The notes under the pieces are model-generated. The model was given only the letters and a program-made list of their open reading frames with translations. It was not told where the DNA came from and searched no databases. Source: an uncultured Desulfobulbaceae bacterium (GTDB taxonomy: Bacteria; Desulfobacterota; Desulfobulbia; Desulfobulbales; Desulfocapsaceae). Taken from it: 51,803 bases of DNA. Positions 11,177 through 19,083 of the stretch are shown here, in pieces. The DNA lies in contig CAITDH010000086.1 of assembly GCA_903891045.1 (NCBI GenBank), positions 1-51,803 on the forward strand, read 5' to 3'. A program made the translations under genes and the position numbers. Position 1 is the first letter of the stretch. Each line of letters begins with the position of its first letter.

Positions 11177-11885
11177 GGAACGATTCCAGATATTGCAGCA
11201 AAGTTCCATCACCATCGTCGGCATCGGCGCGGTCGGCGGTCATGTCACCGAAGGATTAGCCCGGGCCGGGATCGGCCGGCTGCGCCTGGTTGACTTTGAT
11301 ACTGTCCAGCCCTCCAACATCAACCGCCAGATCATGGCCCTCGATACCACCCTCGGCCGCCCCAAGGTAGAGGTGGCAAGAGAGCGAATTGCGGCCATCA
11401 ACCCCCGGTGCCACGTGGAGGCCCTGCAACTGTTTGCCGGCGATGAAACCCTGGAACAGATCCTGACCCCGGCCCCCGACATCCTGATTGATGCCATCGA
11501 CTCCATGAACCCCAAGGTGCAACTGCTAACCGCCGCCCACACCCGCGGCATCCCCATCATCTCGTCGATGGGGGCGGCCCTGCGCAGCGACCCCACCCAG
11601 ATCCGGATCGCCGACCTCATGGATACCAGAAACTGCCCCCTGGCCAAACGCCTGCGCCAGCGGATCCGGCGCGCCGGCATCGAACGGGGCATCTCCTGCG
11701 TCTTCTCTACGGAAGCCGTCACCTACCATTATGATGAACCGGAAGAACAGCCGGACACAGATGCACCCTTTGGTGACCGGGGACGACAGCGGCGCAGCCT
11801 CGGCAGTCTGCCCACCCTGACCGGCATCTTCGGTCTCATCATCGCCAATGCCGTGATCCTCAGACTTACCGAGCAGCATCATTAA
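11139..11885 (+). CDS. tcdA: ThiF/MoeB-fold tRNA threonylcarbamoyladenosine dehydratase (TcdA/CsdL-like)
   Basis: 248 aa. 'ITIVGIGAVGGHVTEGLARAGIGRLRLVDFDTVQPSNINRQ' is a Rossmann/adenylation motif. The length and C-terminal region fit the TcdA subgroup. Confidence 0.8.
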   Translation: MERFSRIQSFLGEERFQILQQSSITIVGIGAVGGHVTEGLARAGIGRLRLVDFDTVQPSNINRQIMALDTTLGRPKVEVARERIAAINPRCHVEALQLFAGDETLEQILTPAPDILIDAIDSMNPKVQLLTAAHTRGIPIISSMGAALRSDPTQIRIADLMDTRNCPLAKRLRQRIRRAGIERGISCVFSTEAVTYHYDEPEEQPDTDAPFGDRGRQRRSLGSLPTLTGIFGLIIANAVILRLTEQHH

Positions 11886-12066
11886 CCCTAAAAACGGCAG
11901 TTACCTCATAATGCCAATGTCGCTCCCCCTCATCCCCAACCCTTTTCCCTCAGGGAGAAGGGCAAAAACTCCCTCTCCTTTTGGGAGGGTCGGGGTGAGG
12001 GAAAAGCTTAGCAATGCAAGAAGTTATTGCAAAATAACTCTGTCCAACTGCCGTTTTTAGGTTAAC
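11882..12066. mobile_element. MITE-like element with about 20-bp terminal inverted repeats, carrying an internal long palindrome
   Basis: TIRs are TTAACCCTAAAAACGGCAGTT (11882-11902) and AACTGCCGTTTTTAGGTTAA (12046-12065). Both ends have TTAA(C). The internal imperfect palindrome spans 11927-12001, pairing CCCTCATCCCCAACCCT with AGGGTCGGGGTGAGGG. No coding capacity. Confidence 0.7.
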
Positions 12067-12130
12067 ACCATCTCCCGCTTGCCCCCTCTCTATTTTTCTT
12101 AACACCCAAATGGAAACAACACCTTCCGCC

Positions 12131-12222
12131 GTATGACGTTATTTAATTTTGTAGTATTTTCCTTGACACCCAATCTCAAATAACGTATTCAGCCGGTATG
12201 ACGTTATTTTTATTTGTCATAC
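12131..12222. promoter_or_regulatory. NikR-like operator region and promoter of the nik operon
   Basis: Perfect dyad GTATGA-N15-TCATAC at 12196-12222; the E. coli NikR operator is GTATGA-N16-TCATAC. The 14-nt GTATGACGTTATTT is repeated exactly at 12131-12144 and 12196-12209. An inverted partial copy AAATAACGT lies at 12178-12186. TTGACA is at 12163-12168. Confidence 0.55.
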
Positions 12223-12252
12223 TTATAACAAGCAATTCTGGAGGCACGTACT

Positions 12253-13305
12253 ATGCATATGGCCGATGCTCTTTTATCGCCGGCGGTGGGAATAACAATG
12301 TGGGGGGTAACCGCAGGGACGATTGCCTATTGCTCGACCAAGGTCAAAAAGGATCTGGATGATCGCAAGATTCCGCTGATGGGCGTGCTGGGCGCCTTTA
12401 TCTTTACTGCCCAGATGATCAACTTCACCATTCCCGCCACCGGTTCCAGTGGCCATATCGGCGGCGGGCTCCTGCTGGCTATCCTGCTCGGACCGTATGC
12501 GGCCTTTCTGACGATAGCGTCGGTTCTGGTAATCCAGGCCCTGTTCTTTGCCGATGGCGGGATCCTGGCCCTGGGCTGCAATATCTTCAACCTGGGAATA
12601 TTTCCAGCTTTTATCGCCTATCCCCTGATCTACAAGAAAATAATCGGCAGCCAGCCATCACCGACGAGGCTGTCAATCGCCTCGATCATCGGGGTTGTCG
12701 TTGCGCTTCAGCTCGGGGCCTTCTCCGTGGTTCTCGAAACAGTCGCCTCCGGCATCTCGGCCCTGCCTTTCACCACCTTTGTTGTCCTCATGCAGCCGAT
12801 CCACCTTGCCATCGGGATTGTCGAGGGACTTGTCACCACAACCGTAATATCTTTTGTCTATACGGCACGGCCAGAGATCCTGCAAAGCGCCATGGGGGCT
12901 CGGCCTCTTGGCAATATCTCCGTGCGCAATATCGTCCTGAGCTTTCTCGCATTAACCTTCTTGACAGGAGGAGTCCTCTCCTGGTATGCCTCGAAAAATC
13001 CAGATGGCCTGGAATGGTCCATCGCCAAAGTCACAGGCACTGGCGAGTTGACCGGGACAGAACAATCCCTGCATCATGTCCTGGCTGCCATTCAGGAGAA
13101 AACTGCCTTTCTTGCCCATTATTCCTTTCCATCAAAACAGGGTGGGGAGGCAACAACCGAAGTGGCCACGGCTGGCAAGGAAGTTCAGGATGACAGCGGG
13201 CGACTTGGCACCAGCGTGTCTGGAAGTGTCGGGTCTCTGCTAACCCTTACCATGGCCATCCTCATCGGCTTCTTTCTGAGAAGAGAAACGGCAGGAAAAG
13301 GCTGA
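12253..13305 (+). CDS. nikMN: ECF-type nickel/cobalt transporter substrate component NikM/CbiM with C-terminal PDGLE (NikN-like) extension
   Basis: 350 aa. The N-terminal 'MHMADALLSP' includes the Met-His metal-binding N-terminus of CbiM/NikM. 'GSSGHIGGG' is present. 'NPDGLEWS' plus a final TM helix marks the PDGLE domain. GGAGG SD at 12239-12243. Confidence 0.88.
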   Translation: MHMADALLSPAVGITMWGVTAGTIAYCSTKVKKDLDDRKIPLMGVLGAFIFTAQMINFTIPATGSSGHIGGGLLLAILLGPYAAFLTIASVLVIQALFFADGGILALGCNIFNLGIFPAFIAYPLIYKKIIGSQPSPTRLSIASIIGVVVALQLGAFSVVLETVASGISALPFTTFVVLMQPIHLAIGIVEGLVTTTVISFVYTARPEILQSAMGARPLGNISVRNIVLSFLALTFLTGGVLSWYASKNPDGLEWSIAKVTGTGELTGTEQSLHHVLAAIQEKTAFLAHYSFPSKQGGEATTEVATAGKEVQDDSGRLGTSVSGSVGSLLTLTMAILIGFFLRRETAGKG

Positions 13306-13316
13306 AGGCTGAAGGG
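13300..13316 (+). repeat. (GGCTGAA)2-type motif overlapping the nikMN stop codon
   Basis: GGCTGAAGGCTGAAGGG. The same motif or its complement recurs at 18914-18978 and 24828-24893, each just after a plus-strand stop codon. Confidence 0.6.
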
Positions 13317-13412
13317 ACAATCATCATATCAAAGAGTTGGCGAGTTGCCAGCATTGCTCTGTTCTCACAGGATCTGCTGACACAGCCTGTTCATGTAACA
13401 CCGGAGGAACAA

Positions 13413-14207
13413 ATGAAATTTCCACAGGATTCTACTGTATCACGCATTCACACTTTGTCGGTTTCTATCGCACTCTGCAGCGTCCTTTCCTGTCCGGCTG
13501 CCGCTTTTGCCATGCACCCGCTGATTACGGACGACGCGGGCACCATAGGCGCGGGCAAGTATCAGCTGGAGGTGAACGGCGAGTATGGACATGAAAAGGA
13601 AGATGGGGTTACCACAGAAACCACGCAGGGGGCAGCAAGCCTCTCCTATGGGCTGAGCGAATCCATGGATCTTATTGTTGGCCTCCCCTATCAGCATGTC
13701 AGGGCTACGGATGACACAACCATCATGGCCGATAATGGCTTCTCCGACACCTCCATTGAGGTGAAATGGCGGGTCTATGAGCATGCTGACTGGAGCCTTG
13801 CCATCAAACCAGGACTCACCCTGCCCACCGGGGATGACGAAGCAGGATTAGGTGCAGGCAAGGCGTCTTACCGCCTCTTTTCCATTATCTCCAAAGAAAT
13901 GAATCCGTGGGCCTTCCATCTCAACCTCGGCTATATCAAAAATGAAAACACCCTGAATGAAGAGAAGTACATCTGGCATGCATCTATCGCTTCCACTTTT
14001 GCCGTGACTGATAATCTCAAGGCGGTTGCCAACCTCGGCGTTGAACGTAACAGAGACGAATTCGCCGATACTGATCCCGCCTTCTTTCTGGCGGGCCTGA
14101 TCTATACCCTGTCAGAAGGATTTGATCTTGATTGCGGAATCAAATACGGGCTGAATGCCTCTGAGACTGACTACACCGTACTTGCGGGGATCACCTGGAG
14201 GTTTTAG
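13413..14207 (+). CDS. Outer-membrane beta-barrel 'transporter' family protein (MetA-pathway/phenol-degradation-like fold)
   Basis: 264 aa. Signal peptide '...LSCPAAAFA|MHPLITDDAGT'. Alternating beta-strand pattern. C-terminal 'LAGITWRF' has the aromatic terminus of OM barrels. Confidence 0.75.
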   Translation: MKFPQDSTVSRIHTLSVSIALCSVLSCPAAAFAMHPLITDDAGTIGAGKYQLEVNGEYGHEKEDGVTTETTQGAASLSYGLSESMDLIVGLPYQHVRATDDTTIMADNGFSDTSIEVKWRVYEHADWSLAIKPGLTLPTGDDEAGLGAGKASYRLFSIISKEMNPWAFHLNLGYIKNENTLNEEKYIWHASIASTFAVTDNLKAVANLGVERNRDEFADTDPAFFLAGLIYTLSEGFDLDCGIKYGLNASETDYTVLAGITWRF

Positions 14208-14320
14208 GTGCCGTTACAGAAAGAGCAAGGGCTTTTTCTTGTTCTTTCTGTTTACGGCACCTTATGCCGCTTCAAAGCAACAGCCAATCTTTTCCGGCGG
14301 TTGCTTGGAGTGGCGTCTGG
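14207..14320 (+). repeat. Dual-hairpin repeat, family A, copy 1
   Basis: Hairpin 1 spans 14207-14261 with an about 23-bp stem (GGTGCCGTTACAGAAAGAGCAAG / CTTGTTCTTTCTGTTTACGGCACC). Hairpin 2 spans 14266-14314 (GCCGCTTCAAAGCAAC...GTTGCTTGGAGTGGC). It is homologous to 37923-38034. Confidence 0.8.
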
Positions 14321-14373
14321 CAGAAGAGGCTCTGAATACAGCAATATGCACCAACGCCTTGCCGGGAGCGTTT

Positions 14374-14409
14374 CCCCTCACCCCAACCCTCTCTCAACAG
14401 GATAGGGAG
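14374..14409. repeat. Partial copy of the 'CCCTCAYCCCCAACCCT' palindromic repeat
   Basis: CCCCTCACCCCAACCCTCTCTCAACAGGATAGGGAG resembles the left arm of the palindrome at 11927-12001. Confidence 0.6.
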
Positions 14410-14442
14410 TTTTTCTTCTCTCTTCTGCAATAAAGGAAAGGA

Positions 14443-15255
14443 ATGCGCTCCATTGATGGTGCTGTACTTGATTTAAAACGCCTTGATCTTCTAGCCACCG
14501 GTGATTCAATCATCCATCGCCTTGATGCGAGGGCCAAAGTTGTCACCACCTTGTTCTTTATTATTGTGGTAGTTTCTTATAAGCGCTATGCCTTGGCCGA
14601 GTTGACGCCTTTTCTGTTTTTCCCGGTCATTACCCTGGCCCTCAGCAACCTGCCGATCAGCTATATCCTCAAAAAGATAGCGGCAATCCTGCCACTTGCC
14701 ATTTTCGTGGGCCTGTTCAATCCCCTGTTTGATCGAGAAACCCAGGTGCTACTCGGCCCGATCTCCATCTCCGGCGGTTGGATTTCCCTTGTCTCCATCA
14801 TGGGCAGAAGCGCCCTGACCGTTGGCAGCGCCATTATCCTGATCGCCACGACCGGATTCATCTCAATCTGTCACGCCCTCAACCGCTTGGGTATACCGAG
14901 GGTCTTTACCGTCCAGCTCCTTTTCCTCTACCGCTATATCTTTGTGCTCACCGAAGAAGCCGCCTGCACCACCCGCGCCAGGGAACTCAGGTCCTGCGGC
15001 AAAAAAGGATTGGGCTTCAGCAGCTTCGGCCCCCTGATCGGTCATCTCCTGATCAGAACCTGGGCCCGGGCCGAGCGGATCCATATGGCCATGGTGGTGC
15101 GGGGGTTTTCCGGAGAATTTCACTCCCGGCAGATCAACAGATTCGGCGGCAAGGAGTATCTCTATGTCATCGGCTGGTCCCTGGTTTTTATCATTCTACG
15201 CACCGAGGATATAACCGCGATACTCGGCGCTGCTTTTACAGGATTCTTTTCATGA
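14443..15255 (+). CDS. nikQ: ECF transporter transmembrane (T) component NikQ/CbiQ
   Basis: 270 aa, polytopic. It has the CbiQ-like 'RLDARAKV' N-terminal region and 'ARELR' / 'RAERIHMAMVVRGF' motifs. Confidence 0.88.
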   Translation: MRSIDGAVLDLKRLDLLATGDSIIHRLDARAKVVTTLFFIIVVVSYKRYALAELTPFLFFPVITLALSNLPISYILKKIAAILPLAIFVGLFNPLFDRETQVLLGPISISGGWISLVSIMGRSALTVGSAIILIATTGFISICHALNRLGIPRVFTVQLLFLYRYIFVLTEEAACTTRARELRSCGKKGLGFSSFGPLIGHLLIRTWARAERIHMAMVVRGFSGEFHSRQINRFGGKEYLYVIGWSLVFIILRTEDITAILGAAFTGFFS

Positions 15256-16016
15256 GTCACCATATTGTTGAGGTGAAAAACCTCAAGCATGTCTATGCCG
15301 ATGGCACCATTGCCCTGAAGGATCTCTCTTTTACCATTCATCACGGGGAATCAGTGGCGATTATCGGCGCCAACGGTGCAGGGAAATCAACACTCCTGCT
15401 GCACCTCAATGGCTATCTGGCCCCGACGGTCGGGGAGGTGCGGATCGGTGGCTTCCCGCTGACCCCGGAGACCCTGCCGGAGATCAGGCGGACCGTGGGG
15501 ATGGTGTTCCAGGATCCCGATGATCAGCTCTTCATGCCCACTGTTTATGAAGACGTCGCCTTCGGTCCCTGTAACCTCGGACTCCCGGAAGAGGAGGTGC
15601 GGCAACGGGTAGGTGAGGCCCTGGAAAAAGTAGGGGCCGGACACCTCGCCCAAAAACCGCCCTATCATCTTTCTGGTGGTGAGAAGAAACGGGTGGCCAT
15701 TGCCACTGTGCTGTCGATGTCACCGGATATCCTGGTCATGGATGAACCGACCAACGGTCTCGATCCTTTTTCACGGCGCCAGTTGATCGGTTTACTCAAA
15801 GACTTTCACCATACCCGGATCTTCACCAGCCATGATCTGGATATGGTCATCGAACTGTGCGAACGGACGATTGTTCTGCATCAGGGAGAAGTCAAGGCGG
15901 ACGGGCCAACAGTTGCAATATTCAACAATGCACAACTGCTGGCGGAATGCCGGCTGGAAAAACCGTTGTCAATGCAGGGATGCCCAATCTGCGGCGCATC
16001 AAGAAACAGATTGTAA
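15252..16016 (+). CDS. nikO: ECF transporter ATPase NikO/CbiO
   Basis: Walker A 'GANGAGKST', signature 'LSGGEKKRV', Walker B 'ILVMDEPTNGLD'. Its ATG overlaps the nikQ stop (ATGA). The longer ORF starting at 14778 is an upstream open-frame artefact. Confidence 0.9.
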   Translation: MSHHIVEVKNLKHVYADGTIALKDLSFTIHHGESVAIIGANGAGKSTLLLHLNGYLAPTVGEVRIGGFPLTPETLPEIRRTVGMVFQDPDDQLFMPTVYEDVAFGPCNLGLPEEEVRQRVGEALEKVGAGHLAQKPPYHLSGGEKKRVAIATVLSMSPDILVMDEPTNGLDPFSRRQLIGLLKDFHHTRIFTSHDLDMVIELCERTIVLHQGEVKADGPTVAIFNNAQLLAECRLEKPLSMQGCPICGASRNRL

Positions 16017-16335
16017 GTTGAAGAGCTCCCCATAAGCCAGCTCCCCCCTTCTGTGATCGCAGAGTACCTTGTGCTCCAGTTCCGTAAATTATTCCCTATC
16101 TGCATTTAAAATTTTATTTCCCCCCGATGATACGCTACAATAAAAGTGTACCCTGAAAATGATCATCGGCATAAAAAGCCCGTCGATTTTCATCCGTAAT
16201 TCTTTTCAGTGCGTCCACTTTGCGAGCGATACCCTACCAGGCGAACCAAGAATCCGATCATGGTCGTCGTCACAAAATGGTCAGGAATGGAAGGGCTCTT
16301 TCGTAACAGCTCCTCAACAACAGGAAGAGGTCACC

Positions 16336-17211
16336 ATGCAATTCATACTCTCCAGACAGATTGAACCGACTCTGGCCTTTCATCTCATGAAATTTGCTTT
16401 TCAGGTTTTTGAGAAAGAGGTTGTTGAGCTTACTCCAGAAGAATATGCAGAGGCCTATCAACAGGCCTACCATGAGATAACCCTGCTTGAACAGATCCTC
16501 CTGTCTGAGGCAGCCTGTGGGGTTGTGATTCCTGACAAACTGATTCAAACCACCTTTCATTCGATCCAGACAGGACATGGTGGGGAAGAAAAATTTTCCC
16601 TCCATCTGCAAAAAAACAATCTGCGATCAGATGAATTCTTCACCATCTTGGGTAAAGATCTGAGAGTAGAGACTATTTTAGCCAGAGTAGCCTATCATGC
16701 CAAGCCCATCAGCCAGCAAGAGGTACAAGACTATTACAATAGCCACCAAGATTCCTTTTGTTTTCCAGAACAACGCCGTACCCGTCATATCCTCATCAGT
16801 ACCGAGAACAGGTACTCGCATCTGCCGAAAGATGCGCTGCTGCGCCGAACAAGGCACATTCACTCCCGCCTGCAAAGCAATCCCCATAACTTTATCCGCG
16901 AGGCCCAACTTCATTCTGACTGTACAACGGCAGGCGACGGCGGCGATTTAGGCCGCATCTGCCGTGGTGAACTCTGCCGCACGCTCGATCAGGCCCTGTT
17001 TCAACTTGCCGCCGGAGAAATCAGCCCAATCATCCAGACCTCACAAGGTTTTCATATCCTCTACTGTGAGGCGATTCACCCCGGACAACGTTTAAACCTT
17101 GAAGAAGCTACACCCCAGATTCACCAGACCCTAACCAGAGAAGCCAGGATCGATACCTGCAGGAGCTGGCTCAAATCCCTGTTCCATATTCGTACCCACA
17201 ACCTCAAATAA
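16336..17211 (+). CDS. Parvulin-type peptidyl-prolyl cis-trans isomerase, NifM-like
   Basis: C-terminal PpiC domain 'RRTRHILIS...GDLGRICRGEL...SQGFHILYCEAI'. Start set at the ATG at 16336, preceded by AGGAAGAGG. The upstream 59 codons of the ORF look non-coding. Confidence 0.75.
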   Translation: MQFILSRQIEPTLAFHLMKFAFQVFEKEVVELTPEEYAEAYQQAYHEITLLEQILLSEAACGVVIPDKLIQTTFHSIQTGHGGEEKFSLHLQKNNLRSDEFFTILGKDLRVETILARVAYHAKPISQQEVQDYYNSHQDSFCFPEQRRTRHILISTENRYSHLPKDALLRRTRHIHSRLQSNPHNFIREAQLHSDCTTAGDGGDLGRICRGELCRTLDQALFQLAAGEISPIIQTSQGFHILYCEAIHPGQRLNLEEATPQIHQTLTREARIDTCRSWLKSLFHIRTHNLK

Positions 17212-17223
17212 AAGGTTCTCCCC

Positions 17224-18909
17224 ATGCTCAACCCCACCACATCAGCGCCAGGCACCATCACCATCAACTTCGCCACCAAAACGATCTTCCTTGAAAAAGA
17301 AGGCGCCGTGGAGTCGGTGGAGACTGTTGAGCTGGTCAAGCCCGGGCAACTCCTTGCCTTTTTGAACCCAGCCGATGACACAAAAAGCCCCACACCCGAA
17401 CAGCAAAAGCCGCAGGCCAAACATGTCGTCTTGACCCCTGGCAACCATACCCAACTTTCCGCCAGAGGAGATTCCCTGCTGGCCATTGTGGCGGGCTATC
17501 CCCAGATCACGAAAACCACCAACGCCAATGAAGAGACACTGACCATCTCCATCACGCCGCTCGTCACCATCAGCCCTGACCAGATGGAGGCCAACCTGAC
17601 CCTCTATCCCCCCCTGCCCAAAACAAACCCGCTTACGGTTGAAGAGCTGGCAGAACTCCTCAAGCAGGCAGGAATTCGTCATGGCATGAACGAAGAGATC
17701 CTGCGCGACTGCCTGGAGCAGAGCAGAACAGAGCAGCATATCATCACGGAAGCCCTGATTGCCTCGGGCTCACTCCCCATAAACGGACTTGATGCCCAGC
17801 TCCGCTTTGAGGTAGAGATTGGCTCCATCCCCGGAAAGATCATGGGAGACGGCAAGATAGATTTCCATGAACGCAGGATGTTTATCGCGGTACGCAAAGG
17901 GCAACTCCTTGCTACCAAGGTTCCAGCCACCATCGGCACACCGGGCGCAACGGTCACCGGTCAGCCCCTTCCCCAGAAGCAGGGTGCAGACCTCACCGTC
18001 AACGTCGTCGATAATGCCAGCTACAACGAAGAAAGCGGCGAAGTCCATGCCACCAAGCCCGGCATCCTTTCCGTCGTCAAAAATACGATCAAGGTCTGCT
18101 CAAAGTTGGCCATCCAGGGTGATATCAATTTCAAAACCGGCAATATTGAGGCCCATGACGCAGTGGATATCGGCGGATCGGTCCAGCCCGGATTCAAGGT
18201 AAAGGCCCATGGCGACCTGAAGATTAGCGGCGGGGTCCGATCGGCGAACATCATTTCACAGGGCAATATCCTGATTCAGGAGGGGGTCAGCGGCAAACAG
18301 ACGATCGTCCAGGCGACAGGTGATGTTGACGTCCCCTTTGTCGAACAGGCCAGCATTACCGCCGGGGGGACCATCATTATCCGCAAACAGGCCTATTACA
18401 GCCGAATCTTTGCCGGAGGCGATATTCATTGCCAGGAAGGCAGCAAGGTCATGGGCGGCATCCTCATGGCCGGAGGAAATCTCAGCGTCGGCCAGGTAGG
18501 ATCAGACAATGCCTCTCCCGCCCTGATTGCGGCTGGCACTGACGGCAAACAGTACCTTAGATATGAGGCCCTGCATCAGGAAATTATAGACAAAGAAGAT
18601 GAGCTGGAGCACTGCCTGCAGCTGCATGGCCATGACAGCCGGTTACCCTTTCACCTGGCTATGACCGAGGAACTGGAAGAGATGCACAAAGATCTCAATA
18701 AATTGGATCTGGCAACAGACAAGAAAGCAGACACCGCCGAAGAGCTGGCCTACCAGCTCAGAAGCAGAGTGATCATCGTTCACGGCCAGATCTTTGCAGG
18801 CACGATGCTTCGTATCGGCAATGTAACCAAACTGTTGGAGACCACCGTGAATAGCGTGAAATTTACCCTCTCCCAAGATCTGCGAGAGATAATCGAGCAC
18901 TCTTTGTAG
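17224..18909 (+). CDS. FapA-family (DUF342) protein
   Basis: 561 aa. It has the beta-helix-like repeat region 'GDINFKTGNIEAHDAVDIGGSVQPGFKVKAHGDLKISGGV...' and a C-terminal coiled coil, both typical of DUF342. Confidence 0.85.
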   Translation: MLNPTTSAPGTITINFATKTIFLEKEGAVESVETVELVKPGQLLAFLNPADDTKSPTPEQQKPQAKHVVLTPGNHTQLSARGDSLLAIVAGYPQITKTTNANEETLTISITPLVTISPDQMEANLTLYPPLPKTNPLTVEELAELLKQAGIRHGMNEEILRDCLEQSRTEQHIITEALIASGSLPINGLDAQLRFEVEIGSIPGKIMGDGKIDFHERRMFIAVRKGQLLATKVPATIGTPGATVTGQPLPQKQGADLTVNVVDNASYNEESGEVHATKPGILSVVKNTIKVCSKLAIQGDINFKTGNIEAHDAVDIGGSVQPGFKVKAHGDLKISGGVRSANIISQGNILIQEGVSGKQTIVQATGDVDVPFVEQASITAGGTIIIRKQAYYSRIFAGGDIHCQEGSKVMGGILMAGGNLSVGQVGSDNASPALIAAGTDGKQYLRYEALHQEIIDKEDELEHCLQLHGHDSRLPFHLAMTEELEEMHKDLNKLDLATDKKADTAEELAYQLRSRVIIVHGQIFAGTMLRIGNVTKLLETTVNSVKFTLSQDLREIIEHSL

Positions 18910-18913
18910 GAAA

Positions 18914-18978
18914 GGCGGAAGGCTATCAGCCTGAACAACCAGATATGAACTTCAGTCTTTAACCTTCAGCCTTCAGCC
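18914..18978. repeat. (GGCTGAA)n-type hairpin repeat downstream of the DUF342 gene
   Basis: GGCGGAAGGCT (18914-18924) pairs with AGCCTTCAGCC (18968-18978). Three CTTCAG units lie between 18950 and 18976. Confidence 0.6.
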
Positions 18979-19083
18979 CTCAAGTCTATAATCTTTGCTG
19001 GCATTTTTTCTCCTGAATGATTAGCATCAGCGAGGTCATTCGTTCCTCATGTGCAATCATTATACCAACGGAGCACGCCATTC

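Noticed and set aside
9243-11224. Long minus-strand ORFs (334 aa at 9243-10247, 396 aa at 10034-11224) opposite the ABC-2 permease and tatD.
   Set aside because: They are antisense to genes with clear family motifs. Their translations are G/R/P/H/E-rich with no recognisable domains. This is the typical open antisense frame of GC-rich coding DNA.
12062-12252. Possible cobalamin riboswitch upstream of the CbiM-like gene.
   Set aside because: The region is too short and AT-rich and has no B12-box-like element. The NikR-type dyad explains the region better.
14778-15251. Upstream extension of the nikO frame, giving a 412-aa ORF that overlaps nikQ.
   Set aside because: The extension is R/P/H-rich nonsense. 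A canonical ABC N-terminus begins at the ATG at 15252, which overlaps the nikQ stop.
16159-16335. 59-codon N-terminal extension of the PPIase ORF.
   Set aside because: It has no SD and its composition is atypical. The ATG at 16336 has an AGGAAGAGG SD and gives a NifM-like length.
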